From positions 1 through 63,130 of the forward strand of contig JAZNLE010000101.1 of assembly GCA_045578885.1 (NCBI GenBank): a stretch of DNA of 63,130 bases, in the 5' to 3' direction. This document shows positions 58,453 through 63,130 of this stretch, piece by piece. The position numbers were made by a program, and so were the translations under genes. Numbering within the stretch: position 1 is the first letter of the stretch; every line of letters begins with the position of its first letter. Below the pieces are notes generated by a model. That model was not told the origin of the DNA. It made no database searches and saw only the letters and a program-made list of their open reading frames with translations. This DNA comes from Acutalibacteraceae bacterium. GTDB taxonomy: Bacteria > Bacillota > Clostridia > Oscillospirales > Acutalibacteraceae.

Positions 58453-58785
58453 CTAACTGTGTCTTCTTAAATATTCGGCTAAGCCGTAAATAAAGTCTGA
58501 GTTGACAAGCTTACCAGTGTTATAATCCACATTAAGACCAAAATACTTTTCAATTGCTGCAGTATTGCCATTGCCGAAAGCTCTTTCTATCGCGTGGCGT
58601 ATAGCTCGCTCTACTCTGCTAGCTCTGGTTTCAAACTCCGCCGCAATCTGCGGATATATTTCCTTGGTCATTGCCATTCTGCCATTTTCATATATGAGCT
58701 CAACCGCTCTCACGATATATTCTCTGTCTCTGACGTTAAAAGGCACACCCAACTCATTTAATATGTCATAAATCTTATCTTCCAT
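58453..58785 (-). CDS. Spo0A C-terminal (DNA-binding effector) domain protein, receiver-less
   Basis: ILNELGVPFNVRDREYIVRAVELIYENG...TRASRVERAIRHAIERAF...SDFIYGLAEYLR parallels the Spo0A effector domain (HTH plus the SRVERAIRHAIE helix). Only 110 aa. Confidence 0.75.
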   Translation of the reverse strand: MEDKIYDILNELGVPFNVRDREYIVRAVELIYENGRMAMTKEIYPQIAAEFETRASRVERAIRHAIERAFGNGNTAAIEKYFGLNVDYNTGKLVNSDFIYGLAEYLRRHS

Positions 58786-58900
58786 TTTTTACACTTCCTT
58801 AATTATTTATTATTTGACATCCGTCATAATTTGGTTTATAATATTTATGGTTAATATTTCTTTGCCGTCTTCGGAATTTCCGCTTCCGAGGGCGGTATTT

Positions 58901-59131
58901 TTATTGCCCATTTTCACCGCGCATTGCTTTTATAAACGGAACTTTTGGTATCCTCACCCGAGTTCCCATTCTGATTACAGGAAACGGGAACGGATTTTCG
59001 CCATCTCTGGTACAAACATTGATGGTGTACGGCGTACACCCTAAAATATGAGCAATATCCGTAGGCACTAATATTTCTTTAGGCAACGCTTCTATTTCTT
59101 CAAGAGTTTTTGGGCAACACTTTTCTGCCAT
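58901..59131 (-). CDS. Excisionase-family/MerR-like HTH DNA-binding protein
   Basis: VPTDIAHILGCTPYTINVCTRDG..FPVIRMGTRVRIPKVPFIKAM matches the excisionase-type HTH_17 pattern. Confidence 0.6.
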   Translation of the reverse strand: MAEKCCPKTLEEIEALPKEILVPTDIAHILGCTPYTINVCTRDGENPFPFPVIRMGTRVRIPKVPFIKAMRGENGQ

Positions 59132-59159
59132 GCTCTCACCTTCCTTTCAGCCAAACTGT

Positions 59160-59336
59160 TTACCATTCTTTAAAAAACAGCACAACTCTTTCAATTCCGT
59201 CAAGCTTTAAATCATTTCGTTGCCTGTGCTCTTTTTCGGCAAAAGCGCGGGTTATCGCTTTCGATACCTTAAGCCATTCTGCAAAATTTAAACCCTGCGC
59301 TGCTTTCATAACCGCTTCAATGTTTTCATTAGGCAT
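59160..59336 (-). CDS. Hypothetical early protein
   Basis: 58-aa ORF. The ATG has AGGGAG at 9 nt. It follows the cro-like gene. Confidence 0.4.
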   Translation of the reverse strand: MPNENIEAVMKAAQGLNFAEWLKVSKAITRAFAEKEHRQRNDLKLDGIERVVLFFKEW

Positions 59337-59358
59337 TGGTTTCACTCCCTTTTATAAA

Positions 59359-59571
59359 TTAAAGTTCCACTTTCAATACTGCCGAAATAGCCTTTGCCAC
59401 ATTCTCGCTTTTCTCTCGGCCGCGAAGGTCAGCAAAGAAAGCGTTAATGCTTGACTTTGTATATCCTGTAGCCTTCGCCAAATCGCCATTGTTCATCCTG
59501 CGAAGCCGCATTTCTCTTTTGCAGTCCGCAATAAAAACTTCGTACAACCCATCACCTTCCTTTATTTTCAT
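59359..59571 (-). CDS. Cro-like XRE-family HTH regulator
   Basis: The HTH is NNGDLAKATGYTKSSINAFF. It is the first leftward gene, divergent from the repressor. The start is uncertain (ATG 59571 or TTG 59589). Confidence 0.6.
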   Translation of the reverse strand: MKIKEGDGLYEVFIADCKREMRLRRMNNGDLAKATGYTKSSINAFFADLRGREKSENVAKAISAVLKVEL

Positions 59572-59582
59572 GTCGAAACCAC

Positions 59583-59611
59583 TTGACAAAAGTGTGTAAA
59601 AAGTGTACTAT
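59583..59611 (+). promoter_or_regulatory. Rightward promoter in the lysogeny switch, overlapped by an operator half-site
   Basis: TTGACA (59583-59588), 17 nt, TACTAT (59606-59611). The -10 is embedded in GTACTATG, which is one arm of an inverted repeat. Confidence 0.5.
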
Positions 59612-59636
59612 GGACTTGCGACAGTTTTCATAGTAC
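59605..59636. promoter_or_regulatory. Candidate operator: inverted repeat GTACTATG-N16-CATAGTAC
   Basis: Perfect 8-bp arms at 59605-59612 and 59629-59636. The same 7-mer recurs at 60050-60056 and 60139-60145. Confidence 0.5.
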
Positions 59637-60134
59637 GAACTTTTTAGCCTTTTCTGCTTAGGAAAGAATGATGTTACCGTAAATTATGTGCGCACACTCT
59701 TTTACGTTGACATAAATTCTGACATCAAAGGGGTGATGCATTATGCCGGAGTTTGTAATAAAAATAATCGAATTATTATTTTTACTTAATAACTTCTCCA
59801 TGATGTTACCCTGTCTCATTCCGTCTCATCACGACGGCTGCAGTAACGTCAGGTGTGCGGTACACACAACGACTGCTTATAATGTAAAATCAAGTGTTTT
59901 TTGATGGCTGGGTGTGACTACCATATCCACCCAAATAGCCGCGCATTGTAAAAACGAGCTTGTACCCAACCGCCACCGAGTGAAAACACCGCTCGGTAAC
60001 GGTTGCCTTAACATCAATCTTCCCGTCAAGCAGTTTCGACAAGGCTATTATAGTACTTGATTTGCTTACTGTCAACCGCAAAGTTAATGTTTTGCGTAAA
60101 TTTTGTGACATTTCACAGTTTAGGAGTTGATTAT

Positions 60135-60497
60135 TTGCGTACTATTGACAAAATTTTAAAGTTGTTAAAGGAACAAAACAAGAAACAAAAAGATTTGACC
60201 GACTATCTTAATGTATCAAAAGGCGTTTTTACTGATTGGAAATCTGGTAAAAATGTTTCTTATACAAAACACATACCTAAAATCGCCGAATTTCTCGGTG
60301 TTTCCACCGACTACCTTTTAGGTATAAAAAAAGAAAACAGCCCGTCTTCCGAAGAAAACGGACTGTCCGATTCCCAAAAAGAAATCATTGCTCTTTTTGA
60401 TGCTGCTCCGCCTGAGCTTCAGGCTGCTGCTCTTGCTGTGTTAAAATCTGCCGAAGCTCGTCTTCAAGCTCAGAATGACAACAAAGCAAATCAATAA
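60135..60497 (+). CDS. CI-like XRE-family repressor
   Basis: The HTH is KKQKDLTDYLNVSKGVFTDWKSGKN...IAEFLGVSTDYLLG. The TTG at 60135 has AGGAG 8 nt upstream (the track ORF starts at 60057). Confidence 0.7.
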   Translation: MRTIDKILKLLKEQNKKQKDLTDYLNVSKGVFTDWKSGKNVSYTKHIPKIAEFLGVSTDYLLGIKKENSPSSEENGLSDSQKEIIALFDAAPPELQAAALAVLKSAEARLQAQNDNKANQ

Positions 60498-60641
60498 ACT
60501 CCTGTCGCATTATTCTCACCTCCTATCAAAACAGTAAGGTGCATTATAATGTGAAACAGCAAAAATACACAAAAATTTTATAATTTAAACAATACCTATA
60601 CTTTATTCAAAAAGCTTTAGATTATTATCAAAGGTGGATTT

Positions 60642-61169
60642 ATGACTTGGTGGCAAATTTTATTAGCAATAGTATTTACAGTCCCTTGGATATATTTATT
60701 TGTAATGGAAGTTATATTGCAACCGCTTGCGCAAAATAGTCAATATAAAAAAGATTATCTAAAATGGAACGAAGAACACCCTGACCTTCAGCGACGAAAA
60801 TGCAAAAACTGCAAATATGCTATAAGCGAAACCTATTTTGAAGGAAGATACCCTCACGGTATCCCACGAAGGCGACAAACCTATTGCACATTGACCAAAC
60901 GTAAACTTGGTGAGTATAACAAATACTGCATAATATCAGTACCACCAAATGAATACTTTTTCGAGCCTAAAGATAAAAAAGAACTATATCCCAACTCCAA
61001 TACTCCAATATATTATTCGGCCTACGGTAACTGTTACCATTCAACGCCACATTGTCGCTCAATCAAAAAATCACGAAACATTTATACTAATCGGATTTAT
61101 ATAAACGACCGTTACCCTTGTCCTAAATGTTGGACAGAAAAAGACGGATATTTATATCAAAAAAATTAA
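60642..61169 (+). CDS. Membrane-anchored Cys-rich protein (lysogeny-module cargo)
   Basis: N-terminal TM, then CKNCK and CYHSTPHCRSIK...CPKC clusters. RBS AAGGTGG. Confidence 0.5.
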   Translation: MTWWQILLAIVFTVPWIYLFVMEVILQPLAQNSQYKKDYLKWNEEHPDLQRRKCKNCKYAISETYFEGRYPHGIPRRRQTYCTLTKRKLGEYNKYCIISVPPNEYFFEPKDKKELYPNSNTPIYYSAYGNCYHSTPHCRSIKKSRNIYTNRIYINDRYPCPKCWTEKDGYLYQKN

Positions 61170-61231
61170 AGGTAAAAAGAATTTCTTTGTTTATATTCTG
61201 TAAGAAATAATTTCAAGAAAGGAAATTTAAC

Positions 61232-61693
61232 ATGTTATTAGGAATTTTTATTTCATTCGTTTTATTGTTGATATTTTGGATTAGAAACCGCATTCTATAT
61301 ATCAAAGATTATGGTATCTCTACAGATGTGATATTTTATCGTTCTACAATTCAATCATATAGCATGCTACACGAAATACCAGGAAAACCTTTGTTCGCTT
61401 TAAGTGAAAACTTCTTTAACTACACCGCAAATTTAATCTTAAAATTTGTATTCCTAGTTATATCGTTATTACTTTGTCATTTTATTGATTCTTCAATTTT
61501 ATCTATTATTATTTCAAGTTTGTTTTTAATAATTGCTATTGGTGACTGGAACGTCTATCGTAAACGTCGTACTTTTTATAAAAACATATCTAACGATTTC
61601 ACCAAAGAAGCATACCACGGAATGTTTAAGGCGTGTATATGTTCACCTTTATATCAAACATCACTATACATAATTGTTTTTTTATTTTCTTGA
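61232..61693 (+). CDS. Multi-pass membrane protein (lysogeny-module cargo)
   Basis: 153 aa with about 4 hydrophobic helices. Confidence 0.5.
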   Translation: MLLGIFISFVLLLIFWIRNRILYIKDYGISTDVIFYRSTIQSYSMLHEIPGKPLFALSENFFNYTANLILKFVFLVISLLLCHFIDSSILSIIISSLFLIIAIGDWNVYRKRRTFYKNISNDFTKEAYHGMFKACICSPLYQTSLYIIVFLFS

Positions 61694-61740
61694 ATTTTTC
61701 TAATTTTATCTTTTAATAAAATCAGAAAGGACGGTAAATT

Positions 61741-62877
61741 ATGCTTTGCAGAAAATGTAAAAAAGAAATACCCGAAAATTCAATATACTGCAACTTTTGC
61801 GGCATAAAGCAAACCTTAGACCGCCCTTTTAAAAATCGCGGCAACGGTCAAGGCAGTGTATATAAAGAAAAAAACGGCAAATGGACTGCCGAAGTAACCT
61901 TAGGTTATGATAAAAAAGAACTACCGGATGGTACAATAAAGCTACTACGCAAAAGAACCACCAAGTCGGGATTTACTACAAAAAAAGAAGCAATAGAATA
62001 TTTACCACATTTAAGGCAATCTGTACCAACTATTAACCGCAATATAAAATTTAAGGACCATTACGAATCCTGGCTTGCTATTCATGAAAGAAAAGTTACA
62101 AACGACACAATAAACTGCTATAAAGCAGCTTTTAAATATTTTTCTTCCTTGCACTATGTCGAGATAGCAAAAATTCGCACCGAGCATCTGCAAAAATGTG
62201 TGGACGAATGTCCTAAGGGTACTCGTACCAAGAAAAATATGAAATCTCTTACAACGGCTCTTTGGCGATATGCAATACAAAACGATATTATTGACCGCAA
62301 CTATGCCGAATTTATTTATATCCCACCTGAAACAAAGACTGAAAAAACAGCATTCACAACCGAGCAAATAAATTCAATGTGGCAAAATGTCGACAAAATC
62401 CCTGAACTTAAATATGTGCTCATTCTAATATATACCGGTATGCGAATCGGTGAATTATTAAGTGCATTAACTGATAAATATAACGAAAAAGAACAATACT
62501 TTGTGACAGGTTCAAAAACAAAAGCGGGAAAAGACCGTATAATAACAATCTCTCCCCGCATACTTCCCTTTTTCAAGGATTTTGGTAAAGGCGAATATTT
62601 ATTTTTTGACAATAACAAAAAAGTAACTGAAAAATATTTTAGAAACAATATTTACTATTCCGCTCTCGCAAAAATTGGTTTAGACGTTATATTGGAAGAC
62701 GGAACCCATTTATACAACCCCCACTGTTGTAGACACACTTTTGCAACTATGATGAAAAATATCGATGCACCCGCTACCGACAAACAAAAACTTATCGGGC
62801 ACAGTAAATTTGAAATGACCGCATACTACACTCATACTGATATAGACTCTCTTAAGCAAATTACAGATAAGCTATAA
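61741..62877 (+). CDS. Tyrosine integrase with N-terminal zinc-ribbon
   Basis: CRKCK...CNFCG ribbon. Catalytic residues are in GMRIGELL, HCCRHTFAT and GHSKFEMTAYYTH. It is adjacent to the attR/tRNA-Pro junction. Confidence 0.9.
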   Translation: MLCRKCKKEIPENSIYCNFCGIKQTLDRPFKNRGNGQGSVYKEKNGKWTAEVTLGYDKKELPDGTIKLLRKRTTKSGFTTKKEAIEYLPHLRQSVPTINRNIKFKDHYESWLAIHERKVTNDTINCYKAAFKYFSSLHYVEIAKIRTEHLQKCVDECPKGTRTKKNMKSLTTALWRYAIQNDIIDRNYAEFIYIPPETKTEKTAFTTEQINSMWQNVDKIPELKYVLILIYTGMRIGELLSALTDKYNEKEQYFVTGSKTKAGKDRIITISPRILPFFKDFGKGEYLFFDNNKKVTEKYFRNNIYYSALAKIGLDVILEDGTHLYNPHCCRHTFATMMKNIDAPATDKQKLIGHSKFEMTAYYTHTDIDSLKQITDKL

Positions 62878-62965
62878 TTTGTTTCTTATTGGTCAATCTA
62901 CTGTGAAACGCACTGTGAAATAAAAAAAAGTTTTTAAAAATTTTTAGATATTTTAGAAAATAATA

Positions 62966-63010
62966 AAAAACCGCTAAACCCTTTAAATAAAAGGAGTTTA
63001 GCGGTTTTTA
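62966..63010. terminator. Bidirectional hairpin terminator between the integrase and the reconstituted tRNA-Pro
   Basis: 13-bp perfect stem AAAACCGCTAAAC/GTTTAGCGGTTTT flanked by A/T runs. Confidence 0.7.
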
Positions 63011-63011
63011 C

Positions 63012-63057
63012 TGGTCCGAGTGACAGGACTTGAACCTGCGGCCTCTTGACCCCCAGT
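63012..63057. repeat. attR: 46-bp core inside the intact tRNA-Pro
   Basis: Identical to 24962-25007. Confidence 0.9.
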
Positions 63058-63087
63058 CAAGCGCGCTACCAGCTGCGCCACACCCGG
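63012..63087 (-). tRNA. tRNA-Pro (anticodon GGG)
   Basis: The reverse complement is CCGGGTGTGGCGCAGCTGGTAGCGCGCTTGACTGGGGGTCAAGAGGCCGCAGGTTCAAGTCCTGTCACTCGGACCA. Anticodon arm CTTGA-CTGGGGG-TCAAG, encoded CCA. Confidence 0.9.
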
Positions 63088-63130
63088 AAATATTAAAATT
63101 TAAGTTGTTATCCTGAAATAACTTTCAGTG

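Larger units (their letters stand above)
24962..63057. mobile_element. Integrated prophage (about 38.0 kb between att cores), tRNA-Pro-targeting, tyrosine-integrase type
   Basis: Bounded by perfect 46-bp direct repeats. Contains integrase, cI/Cro, replication, terminase, capsid, portal, fibre and lysis modules. Confidence 0.9.

Noticed and set aside
59890-60111. 73-aa minus-strand ORF in the switch region
   Set aside because: It has no RBS and an odd composition. It spans the operator/promoter region and overlaps the 5' extension of the repressor ORF. It was treated as non-coding.

Overview
The window is low-GC Firmicutes/Clostridia-type chromosome. Taxon is inferred only from gene content and AGGAGG-type RBSs. 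It has two parts.

(1) Host backbone, 1-24.9 kb:
- a GGGtGRT/NifU-like pair, VanZ, an FtsE-FtsX-M23 peptidase cell-division cluster, a CdaR/PucR regulator and a DMT transporter
- tRNA-Met and tRNA-Glu (+) and tRNA-Ser (-), and an Sfp-type PPTase
- a tandem paralogous DUF58/transglutaminase cluster sharing one MoxR ATPase
- a complete F-type ATP synthase operon (atpIBEFHAGDC) with several oddities
- an AraC HTH-only gene and a decayed serine-recombinase fragment

(2) Prophage, about 38 kb (24962-63057):
- It is integrated into the 3' end of tRNA-Pro(GGG) and bounded by a perfect 46-bp direct repeat.
- The lysis cassette is at the left end. The tyrosine integrase and cI/Cro-like switch are at the right end. 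Almost all other genes are on the minus strand.

Most notable prophage observations:
- a family of 5 (+1 degenerate) roughly 55-nt two-hairpin intergenic elements with compensatory changes. Their G.T wobbles only work on the strand antisense to the genes, and two copies bracket an HUH rolling-circle Rep gene
- a 3072-aa ORF that takes 24% of the phage
- a ComEC-like metallo-beta-lactamase module inside a tail-fibre paralog
- a Spo0A C-terminal-domain-only protein

Most notable host observation: atpA carries a precise in-frame 25-codon gap at the P-loop.

No rRNA, CRISPR array or reverse transcriptase was seen. All family assignments come from motif recognition by eye, not from searches.
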